From contig CASEEM010000017.1 in assembly GCA_949286985.1 (NCBI GenBank), forward strand, positions 16,176 through 80,175: a stretch of DNA of 64,000 nt, read 5' to 3'. Within the stretch, counting starts at the first letter, position 1, and each line of letters begins with the position of its first letter. Origin of the DNA: an uncultured Eubacteriales bacterium. GTDB taxonomy: Bacteria; Bacillota; Clostridia; Peptostreptococcales; Anaerovoracaceae. The notes under the pieces are model-generated. The model saw only the letters and a list, made by a program, of their open reading frames with translations, was not told where the DNA came from and searched no databases. Position numbers and translations under genes: made by a program. This document shows, in pieces, positions 48,116-58,750 of the stretch.

Positions 48116-48908
48116 TATCACCATTGGACAATATTATCCGAGTGAGTCGGTTATTCACAGCCTGGATCCTCGGACCAAGCTGATGGGGACTTTTCTCTTC
48201 ATCGTGACCTTGTTCATTACGAAGAATCCTTGGTGGTATATTCCGAGCTTCATCCTGGTCCTGGCGGTCTATCGTCTGGCCAAAGTCCCGTTTGGTTATT
48301 TGCTGAAGGGTCTTCGGGGGATTATCATCTTATTGATCTTCACCCTCTTCTTTCGGATGACCATCACTTCCGGTGAGGTTTTCGCGAGACTGTGGATCTT
48401 TGAGTTTACATGGGAAGGTCTGCGGGTGGCGATAAGAATGACATCGCGCATCGCGCTGATGATCGTCAGCGCGTCGCTGCTCTCTTATACCTCGACGCCG
48501 CGTATGCTGGCCGACGGTTTGGAGAGATCCTGTCGCTTTTTAGAGAAGATGCATGTTTCGGTTCACGAGATGGCACTCATCGTTATGATTGCTTTCCGTT
48601 TCATTCCGGTTATGATTGAAGAGATGAACGATCTTATGGATGCGCAGGCATCCCGCGGCGTGGAGTTCAAGCATTGTTCCGTCGCGAAGAAGTGCAAGAA
48701 TATCTACTCGGTGCTCGTTCCGCTCTTCCTCTCGACGGTTCGTCGATCCTCGGATCTGGCGATGGCGATGGAAGCACGCGGTTATCGCGGCGAAGGTCCG
48801 ACAACAAAGATGTACCCTCTGGTCTATACCAAAGCGGATCGAATCGCATACGGATTCATGATTCTGTATTTCCTTGTTATCGTGGCCGTTCGCGTAAGGT
48901 TCGGTTGA
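48108..48908 (+). CDS. ECF transporter T component
   Basis: GQYYPSESVIHSLDPRTK, AQASRG, AMEARGY. Confidence 0.92.
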   Translation: MRDITIGQYYPSESVIHSLDPRTKLMGTFLFIVTLFITKNPWWYIPSFILVLAVYRLAKVPFGYLLKGLRGIIILLIFTLFFRMTITSGEVFARLWIFEFTWEGLRVAIRMTSRIALMIVSASLLSYTSTPRMLADGLERSCRFLEKMHVSVHEMALIVMIAFRFIPVMIEEMNDLMDAQASRGVEFKHCSVAKKCKNIYSVLVPLFLSTVRRSSDLAMAMEARGYRGEGPTTKMYPLVYTKADRIAYGFMILYFLVIVAVRVRFG

Positions 48909-48931
48909 TAGGAATGTTAATGATGTGCTGC

Positions 48932-48972
48932 AAAAAACAGCGAGGCACGGAGCTTTCCGTACCTCGCTGTTT
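48932..48972. terminator. Bidirectional terminator between ecfT and htrA
   Basis: AAACAGCGAGG...CCTCGCTGTTT. Confidence 0.75.
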
Positions 48973-48999
48973 GCTTTGTATGTTATATATGGAACAGTA

Positions 49000-50436
49000 C
49001 TAATTGTTTCCTGCGGTGCTCTCGAGCTTGACGCTGATTGTGTCTTCCTGTCCGTCGCGGATGATGGTGAGATCCACCGTATCGCCGATATTGTGCTGCT
49101 GGACGGCTTCAATCAATTCGTTGGCTGAGCTGACCTTGGTATCATCCACCGCGGTGATGACGTCACCGACCTTGAGACCGGCCTTCTCGGCATTGCGGCC
49201 CGAAACCTCTTCGACGTAAGCGCCGGCCGGTTGATTGGAGCGTGAGTAGGTGGCATCGCTGACGGAGATGCCGATGGCCGGGCGTCCGGTGACGGTGCCG
49301 TTGTTGATGATGTCGTCGATCTGCTTGGCAACATCGTCGATCGGAATGGCGAATCCGAGACCCTCGACGCCGACGCCTGCGCCCTTGGCGACGACGATAC
49401 CGACCAGTTCACCCTTGCTGTTAAAGAGACCGCCGCCGGAGTTACCGGAATTGATGGCCGCATCTGTCTGAATCAGCGAGCGCGTTCTTCCCTCGAGGGA
49501 GATGGAGCGATCCGTCGAACTGATGATGCCCTGCGTGACCGTGCCGCCGAGCTGTCCGAGCGGGTTGCCGATGACGACTGCAAGGTCGCCGACGGCGAGC
49601 TCTTCGCTGGAGCCGAGGGCGGCTGCCGTGAGATCGTCGGCGTTGATCTTGAGGACGGCGATATCGAGCTGCTCATCGTAACCGACGACCTCGGCGCTGT
49701 AGGTCTCACCGTTATGGAGGCGAACCGTGATGTTGTCCGTCTCGTCGATGACGTGGAAGTTCGTGACGATGTATCCATCTTCGTTGACGATGACGCCGCT
49801 GCCTGCGCCCTCCGTGACGGAGGAACCGAGCAGGGACTTCTGCGTGCCGCGGGTCTGAATTTCCACGACGGCATCGCTGTTGCGATCGGCAATCTCTTCG
49901 ATGGTCATCTCGCTGCCGGTGGATTTCGTCAGCGACGAGTTGTTCAAGTGACGATAAGAGGACTTGTTCGCATCGTATATCGTCATGAAGCCGAAGCTTA
50001 GGAGGGAGCTGATGAGAACGAGAACGAGGCAGAGGGCGACCAGCTTACCGGTCGTGAAGGTGATCTCTCGGCGCTTTCGGTCTCTGCGCTTCTTGCCTTG
50101 TTTGACGAAGATCGGCGGTTTATCGCCGCCTCCGCCGCCGGAAGCGGTATCTGCTTCAAACGCATCAGAAGCAAAGGCGGTATCAGCCTGCGCTTCGCCG
50201 GCAGCTGCCGGCGAAGCGGCGCTGTCGGTATTCATCGCTTCGTAGAGGTCTTCCGGTGCGGTCTCCGCAGCTTCGGTTGTTTTGATGGTTTCGATGGCTT
50301 CGGAGGCTTCGCTTGTCGCTGTCGTTTCAATAGGTGTGCTCGGTGATACTGTTCCTGCCGATTCGGTGTGCATCTCATCGAGCACCTCTTCCGCGGTGCG
50401 GATTTCCGGGTTGATCGATTCTTTCTTGTTGTCCAT
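49000..50436 (-). CDS. htrA: HtrA/DegP-like serine protease with TM anchor and PDZ domain
   Basis: GSGV, TNFHV, DIAVLKI, QTDAAINSGNSGG, C-terminal PDZ. Confidence 0.93.
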   Translation of the reverse strand: MDNKKESINPEIRTAEEVLDEMHTESAGTVSPSTPIETTATSEASEAIETIKTTEAAETAPEDLYEAMNTDSAASPAAAGEAQADTAFASDAFEADTASGGGGGDKPPIFVKQGKKRRDRKRREITFTTGKLVALCLVLVLISSLLSFGFMTIYDANKSSYRHLNNSSLTKSTGSEMTIEEIADRNSDAVVEIQTRGTQKSLLGSSVTEGAGSGVIVNEDGYIVTNFHVIDETDNITVRLHNGETYSAEVVGYDEQLDIAVLKINADDLTAAALGSSEELAVGDLAVVIGNPLGQLGGTVTQGIISSTDRSISLEGRTRSLIQTDAAINSGNSGGGLFNSKGELVGIVVAKGAGVGVEGLGFAIPIDDVAKQIDDIINNGTVTGRPAIGISVSDATYSRSNQPAGAYVEEVSGRNAEKAGLKVGDVITAVDDTKVSSANELIEAVQQHNIGDTVDLTIIRDGQEDTISVKLESTAGNN

Positions 50437-50683
50437 AAACTCACTTCTTTCGTTGGATATTTATCCGTAGTTTGTTCTTGATTTTTATCAATGATGCTAT
50501 TATAGATAGGTAATTTGGCAAAATGGGGTCCATATTCGTGTATGCGAAGTGCTGTTTGTGTGAACATCAAGGTTCATGCCTTGCGGATAGGAGAACAAAA
50601 ATTATATAATATGCCGTAAATTGATGAAGGTATCGCCTTGCTCTTTCGAGGAGCAAGGCTTGAGTGTTTCAAAGGAGGATTCT

Positions 50684-51901
50684 ATGCATTGCGTGTATAA
50701 GGTAACGGAGGATATTTCCTGGATCGGCGGCAATGAGAGAAAGCTCTCGGTCTTCGAGGGCACCATCCCGATGCAGGACGGTATGGCTTATAATTCGTAT
50801 TTCGTCGACGATGAGAAGACGGTCGTTCTCGACACGGTCGACATGTCGGTCGCGAAGGTTTTCTTTGAGAATGTCGACCACATGCTCCAGGGAAGACCGC
50901 TCGATTATGTTATCATCAACCACGTTGAGCCGGACCACAGCGCTTCGCTCGAGTATCTGATCATGCGCCACCCGGAGGTCAAGGTCGTCGGCAATGCGAA
51001 GACCAAGAAGATGCTCCAGCAGTTCCTCGTCGCCGATCTCGATTCGCGCTATGTCGAGGTCAAGGAGGGCGAAGAGCTCTGCACCGGCAAGCACGTTTAT
51101 ACCTTTGTTTCGGCGCCGATGGTCCACTGGCCGGAGGTCATGGTCACGTATGACAAGACGAGCGGCACGCTCTTTTCCGCGGACGCCTTCGGTATCTTCG
51201 GTGCACATGACGGCAACATCTTCGCCGATGCGTATCACTTCGAGACGGAGTGGCTCCCGTCGGCGCGCAAGTACTACACGACGATCGTCGGCAAGTACGG
51301 CAAGTTTGTTGAGCAGCTCATCGCGAAGGCGGCAACGCTCGACATCAAGCGCATCTGCCCGCTCCACGGCTTCATCATCCGCAAGGATTTCGACAAGTAC
51401 ATCAACGCGTACCTGACTTGGGCTCGCTATGAGTCCGAGGAGAACGGCGCGCTCATCCTCTATGCATCGCCGTACGGCAATTCGAAGAACGCAGCGGAGA
51501 TCTGCGCCTGCGAGCTCGCGGAGAACGGCGTCGACCGCATGAGGATCATGGACGTTTCGCACTGGGATCCGATGGACATCCTGCCGCAGGCCTTCCGCTA
51601 CAGCCACATGGTCATCGTCGCACCGACGTATAACGGCGAGATTTTCATCAAGATGCAGGAGGCGCTCGATGAGATGCGTGCCATGGGCCTTTCGAACAAG
51701 AAGGTCAGCATCATCGAGAACGGATCGTGGAATCCGGTCAGCGGCAAGAAGATCAAGGCATTCCTCGAGGGGCTGCGCAATATCACCTTTGTCGGCGATA
51801 TCGTCACCATCGATTCGTCGGTCAAGCATGAGTCGGCAGAGGCTGTTGCAGCGCTGGCGAGAGAGATCGCGGCTTCGGTCCGTGCAGAGCGCGCGAATTA
51901 A
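50684..51901 (+). CDS. Flavodiiron (FprA, A-type) flavoprotein
   Basis: YNSY, NHVEPDHS, PMVHWPE, SADAFG, CPLHG, flavodoxin YASPYGNS. Confidence 0.93.
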   Translation: MHCVYKVTEDISWIGGNERKLSVFEGTIPMQDGMAYNSYFVDDEKTVVLDTVDMSVAKVFFENVDHMLQGRPLDYVIINHVEPDHSASLEYLIMRHPEVKVVGNAKTKKMLQQFLVADLDSRYVEVKEGEELCTGKHVYTFVSAPMVHWPEVMVTYDKTSGTLFSADAFGIFGAHDGNIFADAYHFETEWLPSARKYYTTIVGKYGKFVEQLIAKAATLDIKRICPLHGFIIRKDFDKYINAYLTWARYESEENGALILYASPYGNSKNAAEICACELAENGVDRMRIMDVSHWDPMDILPQAFRYSHMVIVAPTYNGEIFIKMQEALDEMRAMGLSNKKVSIIENGSWNPVSGKKIKAFLEGLRNITFVGDIVTIDSSVKHESAEAVAALAREIAASVRAERAN

Positions 51902-51909
51902 GACGGCGA

Positions 51910-51977
51910 GCGCTTTTCACAGGAATGCGCTTTTCGCAGAGACGCGCTTTTCGCGGAAAACGCTTTCTTCGAAAGCG
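51910..51977 (+). repeat. Degenerate 17-bp tandem repeat (core CGCTTTTC)
   Basis: Core starts at 51911, 51928, 51945 and, degenerate, 51961. Confidence 0.6.
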
Positions 51978-52012
51978 GCTTTACAGATACTTCGGGAGAA
52001 AGGAGGGAAGAC

Positions 52013-52561
52013 ATGGATAAGAAGCAGGTCGATTTGCTGATCTCCATGAAGCAATACAGCGAGAATCTGAATCCGGTCGGAACTTCCTTTCGCCGGGAGC
52101 TCACGCCGGAGGGCTCGTACGAATTCTATTCGGAGGGGACGATGTACCGGAAGGACGGCGTCACGTATCTCTCCTACATGGAGCCGGACGGCTCGGGACT
52201 CGAGCACCACAAGACGATTATCAAGATCCGGAAGGATACGATTCATGTCAACCGCTATCCGGAGGATTCTCGCAGCACGATGCTCAATCTCAATCTGGAA
52301 GAGGGCAAGGAGTACATCACGCTGTACCGCTTCCCACAGATGACGATGGAGCTCGGCATCGAGACGATGAAGGTCGAGGTGGACCTCGACGAGGACGGCT
52401 TCGGGCGGCTGTTTGCCGATTACCGTTGCCGCATGGGCCCGGACACGCTGTACCGCAACCATTTAGAGGTGCGAATCACGCCGGAGGTCCGGACGAATCG
52501 CAAGGTCTCGCGTCGGGCCTCGGAGGAGGTCGAGCTGCCGCCGGAGGCAGTGGAGCGTTGA
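52013..52561 (+). CDS. DUF1934-like beta-barrel protein
   Basis: EF.SEG.MY.K....YLSY.E, TIIKI, Y....M..ELGIET pattern. Confidence 0.7.
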   Translation: MDKKQVDLLISMKQYSENLNPVGTSFRRELTPEGSYEFYSEGTMYRKDGVTYLSYMEPDGSGLEHHKTIIKIRKDTIHVNRYPEDSRSTMLNLNLEEGKEYITLYRFPQMTMELGIETMKVEVDLDEDGFGRLFADYRCRMGPDTLYRNHLEVRITPEVRTNRKVSRRASEEVELPPEAVER

Positions 52562-52768
52562 TCGTATCCGGTTTATGAAGAGCACGCGTAAGCATTCCCG
52601 CAGCGGAGGCTTACGCGTTTTTTCCTTGAGGAAGGGTTCGCGGAAAAAGGCGCGCGGGGCGCCTGCTTTCGGTGAACTTGACTGGAAAAATCCGGGCAAA
52701 AATGATAAAATATTTAAATTATTATTGAACTAGAAAGGGTACGGTCAAGGGGCCAGAAAGGAGCTGTG

Positions 52769-54274
52769 ATGGGTAAGATCGGCTTTGATGCGGAGAAATA
52801 TCTGACGGAACAGGCGAAGTATATTCGCGAGCGAATTAAGGACGGAGACGGGCGTCTTTATCTGGAGTTCGGCGGCAAGCTGGTGCAGGACAAGCATGCG
52901 ATGCGCGTGCTGCCGGGCTTTGATGAGAATGCCAAGATTAAGTTGCTTCACAAGATGAAGGATCAGACGGAGATCATCATCTGCATCTACGCCGGGGATA
53001 TCATCTCGAGCAAGACGCGGCAGGATTTCGGTATCACGTACGACCTCGAGGTCATGCGCCTGATCGACGCCTTCCGCAGCTACGAGCTGGAGATTAATTC
53101 GGTCGTCGTCACGCGTTATGAGGATGCGCCGTCGGTCAATATGTTCATCAACAAGCTGGAGCGTCGCGGTATTCGCACGTACAAGCATTATTATACGAAG
53201 GGTTATCCGACGGATGTCGACACGATTGTCAGCGATGAGGGATACGGGGCGAATCCGTATATCGAGGTCACGAAGCCGCTCATCGTCGTCACGGGTCCGG
53301 GAGGCGGTTCGGGCAAGCTGGCGACGTCGCTGTCGCAGGTTTATCATGAGTATCGCCGCGGGACGAAGGCGCGTTATGCGAAGTTCGAGACGTTCCCGAT
53401 TTGGAATCTGCCGCTGAAGCACCCGGTCAATATCGCCTATGAGGCGGCGACGGCCGATCTCAAGGATGTCAACATGATCGACCCGTTCCATCTCGAGGCA
53501 TACGGCGAGACGGCGGTCAATTACAACCGCGATATCGATGCGTTCCCGGTGCTGAAGCGTATCCTTGATAAGATCACGGGCGATGAGCTGGTCTATCAGT
53601 CGCCGACGGATATGGGCGTCAATCGCGCGGGCTTCGGCATTATCGACGATGAGGTCTGCCGTGAGGCAGCGATCCAGGAGATCATCCGCCGTTATCTCTT
53701 GGCAGAGGTCGCTTATAAGAAGGGCAAGACGGATGCGTCCGTCCTCGAGCGCGTCAAGCTCCTCATGGAGGAGGTCGGTGCGACGATCTATGACCGCAAG
53801 GTGGTCAAGCCGGCGGAGGAATATGAGGAGAAGAAGCGCGAGGAGCTCGGCAATGACAATATCATCGCGGCAGCCATTGAGCTTCCGGACGGCCGCATTG
53901 TCACGGGCCGCAGCTCGGAGGGCATGGTCGCTCCGGCGGCGATGATCCTCAATGCTATCAAGTCTCTTGCCGGCATCAACGACAGCATTCCGATTCTTTC
54001 GTATCAGGTTCTCGACAACCTTCGCAAGGTCAATGTTGACTTCCTCGGGGATTCGTCGGCGCTGAACTGCGAGGAGGTCGTCATGGCGCTCAGCATGACG
54101 ACTATGACGAATCCGACGGCGGAGCTGGCCATCCGTCAGCTGCACAATCTTCGCGGCTGCCGCGCGCACTGCACGGCCATCATCAGCGACCGCGATGAGC
54201 AGATCCTGCAGTCGCTCGGCATCGACATCACCTGCGATCCGGAGTTCTCGTCGAGCAATCTTTATTCTAAATAA
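52769..54274 (+). CDS. DUF1846 family protein
   Basis: [52 protein letters not shown]. Confidence 0.88.
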   Translation: MGKIGFDAEKYLTEQAKYIRERIKDGDGRLYLEFGGKLVQDKHAMRVLPGFDENAKIKLLHKMKDQTEIIICIYAGDIISSKTRQDFGITYDLEVMRLIDAFRSYELEINSVVVTRYEDAPSVNMFINKLERRGIRTYKHYYTKGYPTDVDTIVSDEGYGANPYIEVTKPLIVVTGPGGGSGKLATSLSQVYHEYRRGTKARYAKFETFPIWNLPLKHPVNIAYEAATADLKDVNMIDPFHLEAYGETAVNYNRDIDAFPVLKRILDKITGDELVYQSPTDMGVNRAGFGIIDDEVCREAAIQEIIRRYLLAEVAYKKGKTDASVLERVKLLMEEVGATIYDRKVVKPAEEYEEKKREELGNDNIIAAAIELPDGRIVTGRSSEGMVAPAAMILNAIKSLAGINDSIPILSYQVLDNLRKVNVDFLGDSSALNCEEVVMALSMTTMTNPTAELAIRQLHNLRGCRAHCTAIISDRDEQILQSLGIDITCDPEFSSSNLYSK

Positions 54275-54359
54275 GAAGATAAGAAGATGAGGAAATAAAA
54301 AGAGAAGGAGGGAGGGACTCCTTCCTTCGGAGAGGCGGCGAGACAGAGAGGAACCGAGT

Positions 54360-56078
54360 ATGACTGCGCAAGGAAATACGCAGGAGCTTCGTTATAAGAG
54401 CGAAGCGGCACATAATATCAAAATCAGGGAGCGATTCCGCTACCGATTGATCCTGGAAGGGATTCTCATCGGAGCGGCGGTCGGCTTCGTTGTGGCATTA
54501 TTCCGTCTGCTCTTGGAGCGGGCGGACTCGCTGCGCACGGAAATGGTAGAGCGAATGGCGGGGAGCACGGGCGGCGTGCTTCTCGTCTTGGCTCTTCTTT
54601 TTGTGGTCTGGATATTGGTGACGGCGCTCCTTCGCTTTGAGCCGGACATCTCGGGCTCCGGCATTCCGCAGGTCGAGGGGGAGCTTCGCGGGATGGAGGA
54701 TCCGTGTTGGTGGAAAATCGTCATCGCGAAGATCGCGGGCTGCGCGCTTGCCATCGGCGGCGGTCTTTCGCTCGGGCGCGAGGGTCCGAGTATTCAGATC
54801 GGCGCGATGATCGGCAAGGGCTTCGCGCGGAAGACGGGCGCGCTCTTGACGGAGGAGCGGATGCTCCTGACGTGCGGCGCCGGCGCGGGGCTGGCGGCTG
54901 CCTTCGGTGCGCCGCTCGCCGGGGCGATCTTCGTTCTCGAGGAGCTTCATAAGAACTTCTCGGCAGAGGTCCTGCTCTCGACGATGGGCGCAGCGACGGT
55001 CGCGGATTATATCGCGGTCCATTTCTTCGGTCTGACACCGGTCTTTGACTTCGAGGTGCAGCATTATGTACCGCTTCGCTGGTACGGCGCCATCCTGGTG
55101 CTGGGGGCGCTGCTCGGCGTCTTTGGTGTCATCTATAATCGCATGCTCGGGCATATGCAGGATCTCTTTGCGAAGCTGCCGAAGGCCTCGCTTCGCATCG
55201 GCGCGATGCTGGCCGTATCGTTTGCCTTGATGTTCCTCTATCCGGAGGCGCTCGGCAGCGGAAGCGGCCTCGTCGTCCGCATCACCGACGGCGAGTTCGC
55301 GCTTCGGACGCTGGCGCTTCTTTTGATCATTAAATTCTTCTTCTCGACGGCGAGCTTCGGGACGGGCGCGCCCGGAGGCATCTTCCTTCCGCTCCTCGTG
55401 CTCGGCGCTCTCGCGGGAGGCCTTTATTCGCGCATTCTCTCGGAGATGTTCGGTCTCTCCGATGAGTTGATTACGGCCTTCGTGCTCATCTCGATGGCCG
55501 GCTTCTTCGCGGCCGTCGTCCGCGCGCCGGTGACCGGCATCATCCTCCTGACAGAGATGACGGGGAATTTCTTCTCGCTCCTGCCGCTCGTCGCCTGCGT
55601 GCTTGTTGCCGGACTCACGGCGGAGCTTCTCGGCGCGGAACCGGTCTATGAGCAGCTCCTGGAGCGTCGCCACCGGGACGATGCGAAGGCATCCTCCGAA
55701 GAGGCGGCGGAGGATGGGAACGAAGCAGGAGAGGGCGCTTCGGAAGCGCTGCAGCCGGAAAAGGGTGCGGCGGAGAAGAGCGCGCGCGAGCGAAAGACGA
55801 TTCTCGATGCCGAGGTGCATCTCGGCTCTTATATGGACGGACGGGAAGTGAAGGATATCGGCCTTCCGTACGGCAGCCTGATTGTCGCTGTCATCCGGAA
55901 CGGGACGGAGATGATTCCGTACGGACGCACCGTTCTCCGCGGCCATGATCAAATCGAAGTGCTCTGCCGCGCGCGGGATCTCGCGGAATGCGAAAGCATC
56001 CTTCGCGAGAAGTGCGCCACCCTGATGGAAATGCCGAGAGAGCCGAAAGAAAGGAAGAGGACGAATGAATCTGATTGA
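54360..56078 (+). CDS. ClC family H+/Cl- transporter with C-terminal TrkA-C domain
   Basis: GSGIPQ, GREGP, GIFLP selectivity motifs; LP..LIVAVIR..E.IP.G.T.L. Confidence 0.93.
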   Translation: MTAQGNTQELRYKSEAAHNIKIRERFRYRLILEGILIGAAVGFVVALFRLLLERADSLRTEMVERMAGSTGGVLLVLALLFVVWILVTALLRFEPDISGSGIPQVEGELRGMEDPCWWKIVIAKIAGCALAIGGGLSLGREGPSIQIGAMIGKGFARKTGALLTEERMLLTCGAGAGLAAAFGAPLAGAIFVLEELHKNFSAEVLLSTMGAATVADYIAVHFFGLTPVFDFEVQHYVPLRWYGAILVLGALLGVFGVIYNRMLGHMQDLFAKLPKASLRIGAMLAVSFALMFLYPEALGSGSGLVVRITDGEFALRTLALLLIIKFFFSTASFGTGAPGGIFLPLLVLGALAGGLYSRILSEMFGLSDELITAFVLISMAGFFAAVVRAPVTGIILLTEMTGNFFSLLPLVACVLVAGLTAELLGAEPVYEQLLERRHRDDAKASSEEAAEDGNEAGEGASEALQPEKGAAEKSARERKTILDAEVHLGSYMDGREVKDIGLPYGSLIVAVIRNGTEMIPYGRTVLRGHDQIEVLCRARDLAECESILREKCATLMEMPREPKERKRTNESD

Positions 56079-57246
56079 ATATGTGATACAGTCGACGGAG
56101 ACCTTCCGCGAACGGTCGCTCGGACCGGTCGACAGTCTGGTCTTCGCGCAGCTCAGCTATGTGAAGTTTGAGGCTGTGCTTCGGAAGCAGGGGCGAAGCC
56201 TGAAGCGTCCGCGCATGCGGATTCGCGATTTCGCACGCAATGAAGACTTCCCGCTGCTCTTCAGTGACGGTATAACGGATGAGAAGAATCAGCGATTCCT
56301 TCTCGCTGCCGCTGTATCTCGGCGCTTTCGCGACATCCCTGTCCGTGAGGTCGAAAGCCGCTTCTCGGAGGACGATGTGACGCAGTTCGCGGCCATGGTC
56401 TTCGTCCTCGATGACGGGACGGAATATGCCGCCTTCCGCGGAACGGACGGCGACCTCGTCGGCTGGAAGGAGGATGCCTATATGACCTTCATGGATGAGG
56501 TTCCGTCGCAGACGCTGGCCGTGGAATATCTGAACCGCATCAGCAAGGGCTGGCTTCGCGGCAGGAAGCCGCTCTATGTCGGCGGCCACTCGAAGGGCGG
56601 CAACCTTGCCATGTACGGCGGTCTCTGTGCGGACGAAAGGGCCAAGAAGAGAATCAAGAGCGTCGACAGCTTCGACGGACCGGGTTTTAACGACGAAACG
56701 GCCGCCAGACTGGCCCCGAATCGCGAAAAGGCGACTTATCCGATGACGAAATACCTGCCGCAGTCCTCCATCGTCGGCATCCTCCTGGAGTCGGATGAGG
56801 ATATTAAGATCATCGACGGCGGCGGACTTCTGGCCGAGGCGCACGAGGCTTATCGCTGGTATATCGAAGATAACGACTTCCGGTATCTCAAAGAGCTCAC
56901 GGCGCGCGGCGAGTACTTCAGCCGCACCTTCCGCGACTGGTATCAATCCGTCACGCCGGAGCAGCGCATGATCTTCGTGGACACGCTGTACAAGCTCCTC
57001 CGCGAGAATGATGTCAACTCCTACCGCGAGGTCGTCAGCATGTCGCCGCGGAAGCTCTTCGCCCTCGCCGGCACCGTGAAAGGGCTGGACGAAGAGACGA
57101 GAAAGATCTTCCTCCAGGTCCTTCGCCGGCTGGCGAAATTCGCCGTCTTCGGTTCGCCGAAGAGCGCGGACAAGGAAGAGGCGGCAGCGACCCCGGAGGC
57201 ATCGGATGCTGCGGGAGCCTCGGAAGCTCCGGAATGGACGCTGTAG
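56065..57246 (+). CDS. DUF2974 (Mbeg1-like) alpha/beta hydrolase
   Basis: AFRGTD, GWKED, GGHSKGGNLA, FDGPG. Confidence 0.88.
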   Translation: MNLIEYVIQSTETFRERSLGPVDSLVFAQLSYVKFEAVLRKQGRSLKRPRMRIRDFARNEDFPLLFSDGITDEKNQRFLLAAAVSRRFRDIPVREVESRFSEDDVTQFAAMVFVLDDGTEYAAFRGTDGDLVGWKEDAYMTFMDEVPSQTLAVEYLNRISKGWLRGRKPLYVGGHSKGGNLAMYGGLCADERAKKRIKSVDSFDGPGFNDETAARLAPNREKATYPMTKYLPQSSIVGILLESDEDIKIIDGGGLLAEAHEAYRWYIEDNDFRYLKELTARGEYFSRTFRDWYQSVTPEQRMIFVDTLYKLLRENDVNSYREVVSMSPRKLFALAGTVKGLDEETRKIFLQVLRRLAKFAVFGSPKSADKEEAAATPEASDAAGASEAPEWTL

Positions 57247-57265
57247 AAGAATAAAGGTGCAAAGT

Positions 57266-57309
57266 AAAACTCCGCCTCGGACGATTCCCGTCCGGGGCGG
57301 AGTGCTTTT
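57266..57309. terminator. Bidirectional terminator between DUF2974 gene and ansA
   Basis: ACTCCGCCTCGGACG...CGTCCGGGGCGGAGT. Confidence 0.75.
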
Positions 57310-57332
57310 CACAGACCTGAAGAAAGATTCAC

Positions 57333-58343
57333 TTAGTGGTCGAGCTCACCGCGGAGGTCGTCCTCCATGTAGCTCGCGATGAGATGGCGCTCGATGCCGC
57401 GGCTCACCAGATAGCAGATCTTGGCGACAGCAGCCTCCGTCGTCATGTTGTAACCCGACGCGGCGCCGGCCTTCTCGAGGGACGAGCTGACTTCGTAAGC
57501 GCCGAGGCGCACCGTGCCCTGCGGACACTGCGTGCAGACGATGACGGACGTGCCGTTTTCGATCGCCTTCTCGATGAGCGGCGGGAGCGAGTTGGCGTAG
57601 TTCGGGATGTTGCCCGTGCCGAAGGTCTCCAGGATGAGCGCGTCGATGTTCTCGCTGACGATCGGCGCGAAGAGGTCGAACTGGATGCCCGGGAACAGCT
57701 TGATGACGGCCATGCGCACCGGCTTCATGAAGTGGACGCGGAAGCGGCCCTTCGGGTGAGGGAGCAGGCGCGACTCGTGGTATTCGATGTCGATGCCGAC
57801 CGTCGCGAGCGGCGGATAATTCGGCGACTCGAAGGCGATGAGGCCGTCGGACGACATCTTCATCGCGCGGTTGCCGCGGATGAGGGAATGGCCGAAGAAG
57901 AGCGCGACTTCGTGCACGCGGCCGCTCGCCGCAATCAGGAGCGACGTGATGATGTTGTCCTTGCCGTCGCTTCGGAGGTTGCACATCGGAATCTGGGAGC
58001 CGGTGAAGATGACCGGCTTATCGAGATTCTCGAGCATGAAGGAGAGCGCCGATGCGCTGTAAGCCATCGTGTCCGTGCCGTGGAGGATGACGAAGCCGTC
58101 GTATTCGTCATAATGCTCCTTGATGGTCGAGGCCATCTGATTCCACTGCTCGAACGTGATATTGGAGGAATCCAGCAGAGGATCGTATTCAATCAGGTCG
58201 AACTCCGGCATGCTCGGGTCCTTGAGATCCGCAATTTTGGCGAGCTCGCCGGCAAAGTAGCCCTTCTTCGGGGCAAAGCCGCTCTCGGTCGGGACCATGC
58301 CGATGGTGCCGCCGGTATAGATCATGCATACTTTCTTGCGCAT
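57333..58343 (-). CDS. ansA: Type I L-asparaginase
   Basis: YTGGTIGM, LLDSSN, HGTDTMAY, TGSQ. Confidence 0.93.
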   Translation of the reverse strand: MRKKVCMIYTGGTIGMVPTESGFAPKKGYFAGELAKIADLKDPSMPEFDLIEYDPLLDSSNITFEQWNQMASTIKEHYDEYDGFVILHGTDTMAYSASALSFMLENLDKPVIFTGSQIPMCNLRSDGKDNIITSLLIAASGRVHEVALFFGHSLIRGNRAMKMSSDGLIAFESPNYPPLATVGIDIEYHESRLLPHPKGRFRVHFMKPVRMAVIKLFPGIQFDLFAPIVSENIDALILETFGTGNIPNYANSLPPLIEKAIENGTSVIVCTQCPQGTVRLGAYEVSSSLEKAGAASGYNMTTEAAVAKICYLVSRGIERHLIASYMEDDLRGELDH

Positions 58344-58451
58344 GGGTGCCTCCCGGTTCTTCTTGGTGTAATCGATTAAATAATTATAGCATAAAAGTGC
58401 TTGCATTTGGTTTTTCGTTATAATATAATACTATAGTCAACGCAAGAATAT

Positions 58452-58526
58452 GCTACTGTGGCTCAATGGTAGAGCACTTCACTCGTAATGAAGGGGTTGT
58501 GAGTTCGATTCTCACCAGTAGCTCCA
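58452..58526 (+). tRNA. tRNA-Thr (anticodon CGT)
   Basis: Acceptor GCTACTG/CAGTAGC, anticodon arm CTTCA-CTCGTAA-TGAAG, TTCGA T-loop, encoded CCA; own promoter and terminator. Confidence 0.96.
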
Positions 58527-58530
58527 AGAT

Positions 58531-58560
58531 GCCGCTGCAGCTCGTCTGCAGCGGTTTTTT
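58531..58560 (+). terminator. Terminator of tRNA-Thr
   Basis: GCCGCTGCAG...CTGCAGCGGT followed by a T-run. Confidence 0.85.
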
Positions 58561-58750
58561 CTCGCACAAAACGCCTCGCCGCCCGGCGAGGCGTGCTCTG
58601 TATGAACGGGAGCGAGAACAAGCCGCCGAACGGAATAACTCAGTCAATCTTCATATGCCATTCACAGCATGGAGAGGTTCATGACCGACAATAGATAACG
58701 AGGCTCGCATCAGGCGGGCATGATAAGAATGAGATTAAAGGACGGTGTCC

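Noticed and set aside
51910-51977. CRISPR array
   Set aside because: Unit length is only 17 bp, there are no unique spacers and no cas genes
58527-58750. Integrated element at tRNA-Thr
   Set aside because: No integrase and no duplicated tRNA 3' end seen in the window
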